64,000 bases of DNA, taken from IMG/VR virus record IMGVR_UViG_3300046170_000371, positions 23,160 to 87,159 of that record; one strand, written 5' to 3'. Positions within the stretch are counted from its first letter, which is position 1. Each line of letters opens with the position of its first letter. Below the pieces are notes generated by a model. That model was given only the letters and a program-made list of their open reading frames with translations. It was not told the origin of the DNA and made no database searches. Source of the DNA: a virus. A program made the translations under genes and the position numbers. This document shows, in pieces, positions 1 through 9,424 of this stretch.

Positions 1-49
1 TTCGAAGCGAAGTTCCTGACACGATGTAAACAATTTCATAGCATAGGAG

Positions 50-2282
50 ATGACGAAGAAGATACTGAAGATTGCAGTTAACAAAAACTGTGTCAACAAA
101 GAGAACCCTCAGCTTGTAGCTAGGGGTTGGAAAAATGTACTAGTAGATGTTGACTATCTACTTGGTTGGGTTGACAAAGGCTACGGCTGGTGTTCAACCC
201 ATTTCATTGAGCGTTACCGGAATGCAGACAATGCAGCCGGTAGCAACCTTGTCGTTATTGATATTGATGGTGACACAACACTCGATGCATTCTGGGCTAC
301 TCAGACTGCACGTGACTGGTGCTTAGCCACCTATACATCTGCAAGTCATAGCGACAAAGAGCATAGGTTCCGTGCTCTGTTTCCACTGGAGACTGATTTG
401 GAATCAGCATCACAACACCGTGGTGCTTACTGGTTGATTGTCAACCGATTGCTAGCAGACCTTGGACTTGAATCACTTAAAGATAACTGTGGTCAAAAGC
501 CTGAGCGCCTTTGGTATGGCAGCTCAAGTACTACTAGCCGTGTTAATGATGGCGCGATGGTTCCCGCTTTCTTGCTGGCTGATATTGACTACGAAGAGCC
601 TGCGGATTTCGTACGTACTGATTGCGAAGACATTGATGTACGACGCTGTCAGTGGCTCCTACGTGAGTTCCTGGAGCCTACTAGCGACGATGAGTACGAG
701 TCTTACTACGTGCCCGTCATGGCTGCCTGCGCTGGTGTAGGTGGCGTCTTATTTGATGACTGGGTTGACTGGGTTATCCGTGGTCATCATGGTCACAAAG
801 AAGAAAACATTAGACCTTTTAAATGGAAAGGTCTCGGTAAGTATGCAGGTCATACTAAACTGTATTCGCTTGCAAAGAAGCAAGATGCTAACTGGACTAG
901 ACACCTACCACCTGACCTTAAGTTTGGTGCTGTAGGTGGCGCTGTTGGTTATACAGAAACAGATCCACTTGTTAGTTTTGATGATGTCATTTCCCATGCT
1001 AAAGGAGAAAACCATATGGAGTTTGAACCAGAACCGTTACCTGACTCGAAAGAGGTCAAGAAGCGGGGCCGTCCAAAGAAAAGTAGTGAAGATGCTGCTA
1101 AGGAGCGTGAAGCTGACGTAGAGAAAGTAAGAACTATTCTCACTGACCTACGTAAGAATGAGCTGACTAACGCTATTGAGTACACCGATGCTCAAGGTAA
1201 AACGATTGCACTTCAAGGTAATGACCTTGACTTGATGACTACCAAGATGGCATGCGAGTACGGGATATTCATTCCTGAGCCACGCATTAAATCTGCTATT
1301 CAATATGCAGCGCAGAAGAATAGCTACTGTCCTATCCGTCGTTACCTTGACCACTGTGCAGCTCACGCAAAGCCTCACAAAGATTGGGACAAGGTTGGTG
1401 AAATCTTCCTAGGTAACAAGCACAGCATTGCTACTCTCGCTATGCAACGCATGATGATTGGTGCAGTTGCTCGTGCTTATAACCCTGGCTGCTCTATGTC
1501 ATGGCTACCCATCCTTGTGGGTGCTCAAGGTGTAGGTAAGTCTATGTTCTCTCGCAACCTAGTCCCTGACTTGTTGTTTGCAGAGATTACTACTCCACTA
1601 GATACACTCATCAAAGAGCAGTACAGACTGCACGTTGCTTGGTTACTAGAGCTACCTGAGATTGATAACTACTTCAACATCAGGAACATTGAGAACTTCA
1701 AGAACCTTGTGACCTAGCAGGGTAGATGAAGTGCGTTACCCATACGCATCACTGCCATCTAAGTTGCCACGTCGCTTCGTGATGATTGGTACTACTAACC
1801 GTAACCAGTTCCTTGTAGACAGCACAGGCAACAGACGTTTCGTCCCACTAGAAATTGGTGGTGGCTTTCAGATTCCTTGGAAGCAACTAGCTGAAGAGCG
1901 TGACAGCCTCTGGGCTGCTGCAGTTCAAGCGTTCCGTAGTGGTGAAGGTTACGAGTTCAACAGTGGTGAGATTGCTGCTATCTCTGAGTACATTCAAGAG
2001 TTCGGTGACCCTGACCCCTGGATGGATAAGGTTGCTAGTTACGTAGCAATCCGTGAGGAAGTTACAGCTGCTGATGTTCTTACACATGCACTAGAGCTTG
2101 ACCCACGCAACCAAGGTCGTAGGGAAGCAAGACGTATTGCTGATGTATTGCAGACAATGGGATGGCGACGACTAGTCACCTCCCGTAAAGACCCAGTCAC
2201 TGGTAAGTCTAAGTCTGTACGTGTATGGCAACGTCCTAAAGATGACCCTCTGACTGAAGACCATATCCTTAATGACTTCTAA
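50..2282 (+). CDS. Primase-helicase: AEP-type primase/PriCT-2 N-terminus fused to a VirE/VapE-family P-loop helicase. One gene, broken by a 1-nt indel near 1713.
   Basis: DxD motif (VVIDIDGD), YTSASH..HRFRALFPL, Walker A GAQGVGKS, then GTTNRNQFLVDSTGNRRF in the second fragment. Removing one C in gacctagcagg joins ORFs 50..1717 and 1731..2282. Confidence 0.88.
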
Positions 2283-2431
2283 TGTATTGGACTTTTATAA
2301 ATCACAACGATGGTGACGAGGTCACTGTCGAAGCGGAAGGGTTTGACGAAGCTTGTCACATCATGTTTGGAGATGATACTTATGATTATCATTCTTACGA
2401 ACTAAGTGAAAGCTCTGACGACCATCCTTAA
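2282..2431 (+). CDS. Small acidic hypothetical protein (49 aa, MYWTFINHNDGDEV...)
   Basis: ATG overlaps the primase stop (TAATG); open frame to TAA at 2429-2431; not in the ORF track. Confidence 0.55.
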   Translation: MYWTFINHNDGDEVTVEAEGFDEACHIMFGDDTYDYHSYELSESSDDHP

Positions 2432-2483
2432 CTCACATAAATAACCCTTTTTCACTACACTTTAACTACAGAATAAAAATATA

Positions 2484-2714
2484 ATGAATTCAAATGACAT
2501 CAAAGTTGGCTTGCGTGTAGACATTGACGGCAGGACTGCACTCGTTGTTGGTCGCCCTGAGTACTACACACCACGCGCCAAGCTTGTTCGTATCAAGTAT
2601 GAAAATAGCACTCGCTATGAATACAAACTGAGCCATCAAATGCAAGCACTGCCTATTGCTCAGCAGTATCCACACCACGGTGGTACCCATGTAAAACCTG
2701 AAGGAGAATTCTGA
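2484..2714 (+). CDS. Hypothetical protein (small, possibly beta-rich)
   Basis: ATG start; translationally coupled to the next gene. Confidence 0.6.
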   Translation: MNSNDIKVGLRVDIDGRTALVVGRPEYYTPRAKLVRIKYENSTRYEYKLSHQMQALPIAQQYPHHGGTHVKPEGEF

Positions 2715-3521
2715 TGGCTGAAGCTCAACCCTCTAAGAAGCGTGGCGGTCACGCTTACGGTAGACGTGTAACTCAACTCTCTAACACTGCGGAAGAGGGT
2801 GAGCTTTGTCTATATACAGGTCACTCGTTAGGTAGGTTCTCTACTCACAGCATGCGATACGACAGTCACCAAGCGTGTACTCGTTGTGTTGCATCTGCTC
2901 GTGAAGGTCGTATGTCATTTGACATTGACCGCTTGTTAAAGAAGCACCGCAAACGTGCTCTTAAGTTCTGGTCTCAAGTTGATATCAGGTAACCCTGACG
3001 ATTGCTGGATGTGGAACGGCTGCATCAACAAACGCACCAAGCAACCACAGTTCTCATGGCGTCGACATGGTCTCGCTAGTTCGACTCAACATCACCCACA
3101 ACGTGTTGCTATGTGGTTCACTTGGGGAGATTTAGGCTATACAGGAGTCAAAACTACTTGCGGCGAAAAGTATTGCTGCAATCCATTTCATCTCATTCCA
3201 CAGCACGTCGGTGTCTTTGTTGACCACGACAGCTACCTAGAAAGCTTTGAGCTTGCTTGTGAAATCCATACGCTTAAGCAACAGATTGCTGAGTATGTAT
3301 TAGAAGAAGCACTCAAAGAACAAGAACGTCTTGACGCAACATCAGAACTCAACGCTCGTGAAGACTTGATGCTTAACCCTGACACAGGGTTTGGCGAACG
3401 CTTTGAAGCTGTCATGACTGACATGCTTGCAGGTAGACACGCTTCTCAAGTCAACATTCATCAAGAAGGTTTACATCGTGGTCCAACAGATAATGATGAA
3501 AACCCCACGGAAGAATTTTAA
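2714..3521 (+). CDS. His-Me finger/HNH-like (zinc-binding loop) protein with N-terminal Cys/His motif, probably inactive. Frameshift near 2990.
   Basis: AAGGAG RBS; DDCWMWNG and TTCGEKYCCNPFHL resemble phage HNH CWxWxG...HxCxNxxCVNPxHL; the two ORF-track pieces join with one indel. Confidence 0.65.
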
Positions 3522-3553
3522 TTTACTTAACATCAAACAAGAGTCATTGAATT

Positions 3554-3973
3554 ATGTCTAGACGAACTGACCTACTACAAAATCTTCTCCAATCTGATAA
3601 GTTTGGCGATGAGAAATCACAAGAGCAAAAGTTTCTTGCAGCTACTGCAGAGCTTATCTTGACTGACCTTATCAACATTGCAATCAAAGGTGTAGAAGCA
3701 CAAGGGGCAGGCTCGTTGGTTATCAATCTCATGAACGACTCCACGACATTTATGTCAGGGAGTTCTATTGAAGCTGATATCTATACTGCTGAGCAAGAAG
3801 AGGATGCTGACATCCTTGAGTTTTTGCGTGGACTGATGGAAGAAATCGACACTAATGACTGGTCAACAAACGTATTAATTACCTTGATTAGTGATGCTGG
3901 AACAAGAACATTTGCTGTCGAAGCAGGAGGGAGCCAAGAGAGCTTCAGCGCGATCGCAGCAGAATTTATCTGA
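3554..3973 (+). CDS. Hypothetical acidic protein
   Basis: 139-aa ORF, co-oriented with the replication module. Confidence 0.65.
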   Translation: MSRRTDLLQNLLQSDKFGDEKSQEQKFLAATAELILTDLINIAIKGVEAQGAGSLVINLMNDSTTFMSGSSIEADIYTAEQEEDADILEFLRGLMEEIDTNDWSTNVLITLISDAGTRTFAVEAGGSQESFSAIAAEFI

Positions 3974-4564
3974 CAAACTCAAAGCTTCTGGATTAAAGCT
4001 ACCGTTGTACCCAACGCCACAGCTCATTGAGCGTGCGCGTGAAGTCATGGGTAGCATTGACTTTGACCCTACCTCTGACCCTGTACAGCAGGTGCTGGTA
4101 GATGCAACTTCAGTTCCATCATTAGAAAGCAATCCACTCAAAGAGCATTGGCACGGGAACGTATGGGTTGCACCTAAGGGTGCGGTACGTAACTCCCGTA
4201 TCTGGTTAAACAAAACCATTAACGAGTATCGCAATGGCTATATCAATAGCTTTGTATTCTTTACCAGTGCATCTGAAATCATTAGAGCGAACACCAGTTA
4301 TCTGGGACTACCCAGTCTGCATACCTTTCAAACGTATCAAGCAACTGCGTGCTACGTCTAATGGGTTTGAACCTGTCTGCCCATCTACTTGGAATGCCAT
4401 TGTCTATGGTCCACCACTAGATACTATGATGAATGACATTGACAAAGTCACATTGTTTCATAACAAGTTCCGTGATAGTCGGTCGTGTTATTTACAATGA
4501 ATATGCAGGAGATAGCTGGGCTAAAGACCTAGAGTATTACGAAGAAAGCAAGGGGAACATCTAA
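3894..4564 (+). CDS. Phage N6-adenine DNA methyltransferase-like protein with degenerate catalytic motif. Two frameshifts (about 4290 and 4478).
   Basis: YPTPQLIERAREVMGSIDFDPTS matches the phage Dam-like TP..I..AR..LG.IDLDPAS pattern; WHGNVWVAPKG lies where WxGxVWxNPPY is expected. Confidence 0.65.
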
Positions 4565-4975
4565 TGAGCAAAGCATATAACCCCTAGCTACATGTACAAC
4601 TTCCCATCTGGATTAAACATCATCCCGTGCCGATTGATTCAACGTGATGGCACTTTGATGTGGAAGCACGCTCTGCTCTATCAAGGTCAGCTTAGTTTGC
4701 CTGCTACAGAAGCACACGAGCAGCACATAATAAAAACTGCTCAGCGCCTAGAGGAACTGAACAGTTGGGTGTCTCGTGATTTAGAACCATGGAATGGAAT
4801 CAAAATCATTGCTTGGTATGCTCCTCACATTGAAGAGCTAGCCGAAGGTATTGGTGTTTATTTCAAGCACTCACAGTATGATACTAATCAAATATCTGAT
4901 ATCTTATCTGCACATATTCAAAGTCATGAGACCTTGAATGCTAACGATAGATACGTATATTTTAAGCGCTGTTGA
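4564..4975 (+). CDS. Hypothetical protein (indel near the 5' end)
   Basis: TAATG coupling at 4562-4566; main ORF 4592..4975. Confidence 0.6.
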
Positions 4976-4977
4976 TT

Positions 4978-4996
4978 GCGCCCTAACGGGCGCTTT
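4978..4996. terminator. Hairpin between convergent genes, probable intrinsic terminator
   Basis: GCGCCC-TAAC-GGGCGC followed by TTT. Confidence 0.55.
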
Positions 4997-5000
4997 ATAA

Positions 5001-5351
5001 CTATAGCGAATCTATTAGACGGTTCAAATACCACCTAGCTTTCTCTGCATCTTGCTTAGGATCATCCTTAAGCCAGAGACGCAGCAAATACTTTAGTGCC
5101 TGTGCTTGCAGCATACCTGCCTTAACTTCAGGTGCATCTTGAATAGCATCTTCAATGATGTCAATAGCTTCTTGACTGCCACGTGTGTAATGTGCAGGGC
5201 TATTAACTTTGTCTGACTTCTTGTACTCGCTGAAAGTAATCACATCATCTGCAATATGAAAGGGAACAGTTTTCTTATTAGCAATACGTTCCCAGTTATC
5301 GTAATCCTCAAGGTTCTGCTTAAACTTTTCGTAGTCCATATGTAGTCGCAA
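5001..5351 (-). CDS. DUF3310 family protein (T7 gp1.7-like nucleotide kinase domain)
   Basis: DKVNSPAHYT.GSQEAIDII...ALKYLLR..K.DP.QDAEKARWYL signature. Confidence 0.85.
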   Translation of the reverse strand: MRLHMDYEKFKQNLEDYDNWERIANKKTVPFHIADDVITFSEYKKSDKVNSPAHYTRGSQEAIDIIEDAIQDAPEVKAGMLQAQALKYLLRLWLKDDPKQDAEKARWYLNRLIDSL

Positions 5352-5394
5352 CTATGTGTTTCACTACCTAATATAGGAGTGAAAGTACTATTTT

Positions 5395-5961
5395 GTGGAT
5401 ATGATTGCACCATTAGGAGACCCGACTTATATTAAAAATAAAGAGAAATACTTTATGTCTATTGCTAAGACTGTAGGACTTGCTTCAACGCATCCTAAGT
5501 CTCCTGGCGGCTGCATTCTCGTACGTGACCGAGAGATTATTGGAGATGGACGTTCCATTCTCACAGCATCCAAAGTTGAAATTGATTGCCTGACATATGC
5601 CATTGCAACATGCTCTAAGCGAGGGACACCTACTGCTGGAGCGACCGTCTATACAACACGCTATCCCTTCTCTGCCTCAGTCTTTCAGTGTTACCTCATG
5701 GGTATTAAAAAGATTGTTGTCCTTGCACATGAATGGGAAGCTTATTACAAAGATGAATTCCGTCGAGCTGCACGGCTTGGACGTGAACTAAGCATCGCTA
5801 TCGAACCCCTCTTTGATGAGGAAGACCCACGCTTTGGGGTTAACAAAGCACCTAAACGCAAACTTGAAAAAGAACTCTACGACGCATCAACTTTTGTTGT
5901 CGATGAGTATGACCCAAAAACTACTACTGAAAATCTAGATGACTACCAACCTACTGTTTGA
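5395..5961 (+). CDS. dCMP deaminase-like protein lacking Zn ligands
   Basis: YFMSIAKTVGLAST...GCILVRDREIIGDG...GATVYTT.YP...GIKKIV fold signature; HAE and PCxxC are replaced by DCL and PFSAS. Confidence 0.75.
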   Translation: MDMIAPLGDPTYIKNKEKYFMSIAKTVGLASTHPKSPGGCILVRDREIIGDGRSILTASKVEIDCLTYAIATCSKRGTPTAGATVYTTRYPFSASVFQCYLMGIKKIVVLAHEWEAYYKDEFRRAARLGRELSIAIEPLFDEEDPRFGVNKAPKRKLEKELYDASTFVVDEYDPKTTTENLDDYQPTV

Positions 5962-7764
5962 CATTGAATCCACTGGCCTGCTTCGTCGCGGCTCCACCAT
6001 CCATTGCATTGTTGTGCGTGACATGAGCACAGCTAACGACCCTATTGTCTTTGACTACAAGCCTGAGCGTGCTGTCGTTCAAGGCATCAAGCAGCTTGAG
6101 AATGCTGATGCACTCATTGGTCACAACATTGCTGGCTATGACATCCCACTTATCAAAGAGCAGTTCCCTGACTTCGACTTCCAAGGTGAAGTGCTTGACA
6201 CTCTTGTCATGTCTCGCTTGTACTATCCAAACATCAGTGACCGCGATTATGAGCGTCGTCCTGATGGCATGCCTCAGCGTTTGTATGGACGTCATTCACT
6301 CGAAGCATGGGGCTATCGCTTAAAGTGTTTCAAGGGAGACTTTGCTAAGAACGAAAGCAACGACTGGAGTACTTACACCCCTGAGATGCTTGATTACTGC
6401 ATCCAAGATACGCAAGTCACACTGCGTTTATACGAACTACTACAACGAAGAATGGAGACTTATGCCTGATTACATCAAACTCGAAATGGATATGGCCATG
6501 CTTATGGCTCAGCAAGAAGCATCAGGGTTTCGCTTTGATATGGATGCTGCAGTGCGTGTTCGTGCACAGCTCCAGGATGAGTTTGATTCTATTACTGATG
6601 CTATTGCCAAAATATATCTGTACGTACCAGGTAAAGTCTTTACTCCCAAGCGTGCAGATAAGAAGCGTGGCTACGTAGCAGGTGCTCCTATGACACGTCT
6701 GACTGACTTCAATCCGACGTCACGTCAGAACATTGCATGGGCATTGCAGACCTTCCGTGGTGCTCGTTTTACAAGGGTTACAGAGACTGGTAAGCCTAAA
6801 GGTTGATGAAGCAACTCTCTCTGAGGTGCGGGACATTGCACTGTCTGCTGGTAATCAGCAGCTGCATGACGAGTGTGAGATGTTTATCCGTTTGTTGACA
6901 CTGCAGAAGTGGCTGGGTCAGCTGTCCGAGGGAACCAACTCTTGGTTCAACTCTATTGAGGGGGACGGCTGTATCCACCACAGCTGCACACTGTCAACAC
7001 AGACGGGACGTAACGCTCACCGTGGTCCCAACTTGGGCCAGGTCGTCTCTGCACCATGGGCACGTGAACTATTTGTTCCACACCCTGGTCACATCATGGT
7101 GGGTGCTGACTTAGAAGGACTGGAATTAAGACTGCTTGGGCACTACCTAGCAGCCTTTGATGAAGGCTCCTTCGCTGAGGTTGTTGTCAACGGCGACATC
7201 CATCAACAGAACGCTGACCGTGTGGGGTGTACACGTACACAAGTCAAGACCCTCACGTATGCGTTCATATACGGTGCAGGTGACGTGAAGCTGGGACATA
7301 GTCTTCAGCCTGAGCTGTCAGATGCACAGAAGAAAACACTTGGCGGTGAGTTACGCCGCAAATTCCTTGACGCTATCCCTGGATTGGAGCCATTAGTAGA
7401 TGCAGTTAAACTTAAAGTTCGGTCAACTGGTCGCCTTAGGGGCCTTGATGGGCGTCCTATATTCTGTCGTGCTGAGCACAGTAGTCCCAACTTCTTACTT
7501 CAGTCTGCCGGAGCAATCATCTCCAAGCGATGGGTGGTGATTGGGCAGCAACTGTTAGATGATGCAGGGCTTACGTATGACCGTGACTACACTCGCTGTG
7601 CTTACGTGCACGATGAAGTACAGATGTCTGTCGTGCCTGCTGAAGTTGACCGTATGAAGATGCTGTTAGAAGCAGCAGCACCTGAAGCTGGTAAGTACTA
7701 CAACCTGCGTGTGCCTATTGCTGCAGCTGCAGACCATGGTTCCTCATGGCAAGAGACCCACTAA
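5939..7764 (+). CDS. polA: DNA polymerase family A, T7-like (3'-5' exonuclease plus polymerase). Apparent indels near 6466 and 6801.
   Basis: Exo motifs FDIES, GHNIAGYD, HSLEAWG, YCIQD; pol motifs DLEGLELR, KTLTYAFIYGAG (Tyr at the E. coli 762-equivalent position), YVHDE. Confidence 0.93.
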
Positions 7765-8282
7765 TGAAGTACTTTGTATATGTATATAGCGCAGACAACG
7801 GAACTGCGTATTACGTTGGTAAAGGTTCTCTTAAGCGTGTCTTTATGAAGCACGATGTTCCAGTACCTAGGCCCGAGCTAATACAAAAGTTCTCGTTTGC
7901 TACCGAGCAAGAGGCGTGGGAAACAGAGATACAACTGATTAGTTTGTTTGGACGTCAGCAAGATGGCGGTACATTACTGAACTTATCTACAGGTGGTAAA
8001 TCCGGAATGGCTGGTGTGGTTCAAAGCGAATGTCTCAAACAGCGACGTTCTTTAATAACTAAAAAATACCATGCTACTAACGGACACCCTTCCCTAGGAC
8101 TTACTGGTAGTAAATCCCTTAATAGTCGTGCATACATTATTAACTTTCCAGATGGAAATGTTGTTGAAATTGTAGGCTTAAATGCCTTTTGTAGAGAACA
8201 TAATCTTGACCCAAGTGCGATGTGTAGAGTATCTAAAGGTAAGGCTACTCATCACAAAGGTTTCACTTGTTCTAGAATATAA
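7764..8282 (+). CDS. Free-standing GIY-YIG homing endonuclease with NUMOD-like C-terminal DNA-binding region
   Basis: YFVYVY...YYVGKGS..R, E.EA...E..LI, LLN..GG; C-terminal FCREHNLD.SAM.RV.KGK..HHKGF; TAATG coupling to polA. Confidence 0.8.
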   Translation: MKYFVYVYSADNGTAYYVGKGSLKRVFMKHDVPVPRPELIQKFSFATEQEAWETEIQLISLFGRQQDGGTLLNLSTGGKSGMAGVVQSECLKQRRSLITKKYHATNGHPSLGLTGSKSLNSRAYIINFPDGNVVEIVGLNAFCREHNLDPSAMCRVSKGKATHHKGFTCSRI

Positions 8283-8283
8283 A

Positions 8284-8344
8284 TACGTTGAACCGCACAT
8301 ATTGCGGTCGCAAGTAGTCTGATGAAAGCAGACGAAGCAACGGG
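8284..8344 (+). promoter_or_regulatory. Glutamine riboswitch (glnA/glutamine-I type)
   Basis: P1 CGTTG(8286-8290)/CAACG(8338-8342), P2 ACCGCA/TGCGGT, P3 GTCTG/CAGAC with E-loop AGTA/GAA; -10-like TAGAAT at 8273-8278; lies directly upstream of a DUF4278 ORF. Confidence 0.85.
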
Positions 8345-8361
8345 AAACGTACCACATCACT

Positions 8362-8556
8362 ATGGAGTTTCCAATGACCCAATTACAAGCCCGTGCTGTC
8401 GAAAATGCTCGCAAAGAGTACCGTCGTGCACAGAACGAACTGCGTGTACACCGTCTGTCTGAGACGCGTTACCGTGGTATCCCCACAGTTAAAGCCGACA
8501 CTCCTCAAGAGCGTCACGGCTGTTTCACATATCGTGGCGTAAGTTACTGCCACTAA
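8362..8556 (+). CDS. DUF4278 family small protein (putative glutamine synthetase regulator; may start at 8374)
   Basis: Two YRG motifs (RYRGIP, TYRGVSY); downstream of the glutamine riboswitch; GGAG before ATG 8374. Confidence 0.8.
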   Translation: MEFPMTQLQARAVENARKEYRRAQNELRVHRLSETRYRGIPTVKADTPQERHGCFTYRGVSYCH

Positions 8557-8579
8557 TTGACAATCAAATAAGTGTATAT

Positions 8580-8605
8580 CCCTCCTATCGGAGGGTCTTT
8601 TTTTG
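8580..8605 (+). terminator. Rho-independent terminator
   Basis: CCCTCC-TATC-GGAGGG followed by TCTTTTTTT. Confidence 0.8.
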
Positions 8606-8672
8606 TTCTTTTTTAACATATAATAATCTAAGCGATGAGTATAAATCGCTATACATACGTATTAAATCTATT

Positions 8673-9045
8673 ATGAAATCTATTATTGCCGTTGCAGCTC
8701 TGTCTGCTTTGTCTGCCCCTGCTTTCGCTGGTCCTTATGCCAACATCGAAAACAATGCAGGCTGGGTTGGTGACGACTTCACCGCAGCTGTGACTGAAGT
8801 TCACGCTGGCTATGAGTTTGAAGCTAGCGATTCTGTTAGCCCTATATGTACAGGCAGGTCCTGCTTTCATCTCTATTGAAGATGAAGACTTGGAGACCGA
8901 AGTGTCTGGTAAGTTTGGTGTTACTGCCGATGTCTCAGAATCATTCGAACTCTACGGAGAAGTCGCATTCCTCACGGAAGACCAAGAATTTGACGTGGAT
9001 ACCCTTACATTGGGTACCAAGGTTGGTGCCACCTACCGCTTCTGA
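8673..9045 (+). CDS. Small outer-membrane beta-barrel/porin-like protein of cyanobacterial type. Frameshift near 8840.
   Basis: Signal peptide MKSIIAVAALSALSAPAFA, alternating beta strands, C-terminal KVGATYRF with terminal Phe. Confidence 0.75.
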
Positions 9046-9061
9046 TAAATAAACAACTGTT

Positions 9062-9088
9062 CCCCCTCTAACGAGGGGGTATTTTTTT
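9062..9088 (+). terminator. Rho-independent terminator
   Basis: CCCCCTC-TAAC-GAGGGGG followed by TATTTTTTT. Confidence 0.8.
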
Positions 9089-9096
9089 GTTCTTTT

Positions 9097-9411
9097 TTAA
9101 CTGTAGATATCTTTGTAAACGTTATCTAGCTGTGGTCTAAACCCTTCGCTCTTGCGTTTGTTCGCACCAATCTCTCGGTTACGTTCAATCTGTGCACCTA
9201 AGCCAACGCCCATACCACCTGTGCCTGGTGTTTGTGGTGTTGATGCTTGTGGACGCTTCGCTTGATAAGCACGGTCACCACGATATGCACGTGTCCTGCT
9301 TACTGCTTGAGCACGCTCGTTATATGCACCACTACCGTTGTAGTCACTTTTGTCTTGGTCGCTAAGCCTGCGCCTATCAACGGGTCCATTCTTGACACCA
9401 AACTTCTGCAC
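9097..9411 (-). CDS. Basic low-complexity hypothetical protein
   Basis: 104-aa ORF; TACAATAG motif upstream (9433-9440). Confidence 0.6.
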   Translation of the reverse strand: MQKFGVKNGPVDRRRLSDQDKSDYNGSGAYNERAQAVSRTRAYRGDRAYQAKRPQASTPQTPGTGGMGVGLGAQIERNREIGANKRKSEGFRPQLDNVYKDIYS

Positions 9412-9424
9412 GGCACTACCTTCG

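Noticed and set aside
1700-1735. Amber readthrough or stop-codon reassignment in the primase gene
   Set aside because: The continuation is in another frame and a TGA follows three codons after the TAG. One extra C explains it, and TAG is used as a normal stop elsewhere.
6455-6470. Naturally split DNA polymerase (separate exonuclease and polymerase genes)
   Set aside because: Removing one C (gcctgat to gctgat) gives a continuous ETYADYIKLE reading, matching the window's pervasive duplicated-base errors. A GGAG-ATG is present, so a true split is not fully excluded without accurate reads.
7764-8282. Group I intron in polA
   Set aside because: The polymerase ends normally (HGSSWQETH*) before the endonuclease, so the endonuclease is free-standing.
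8606-8672. NtcA or Pho box upstream of the porin-like gene
   Set aside because: The GTA...TAC spacing is 10 nt rather than 8, and there is no convincing tandem Pho repeat.
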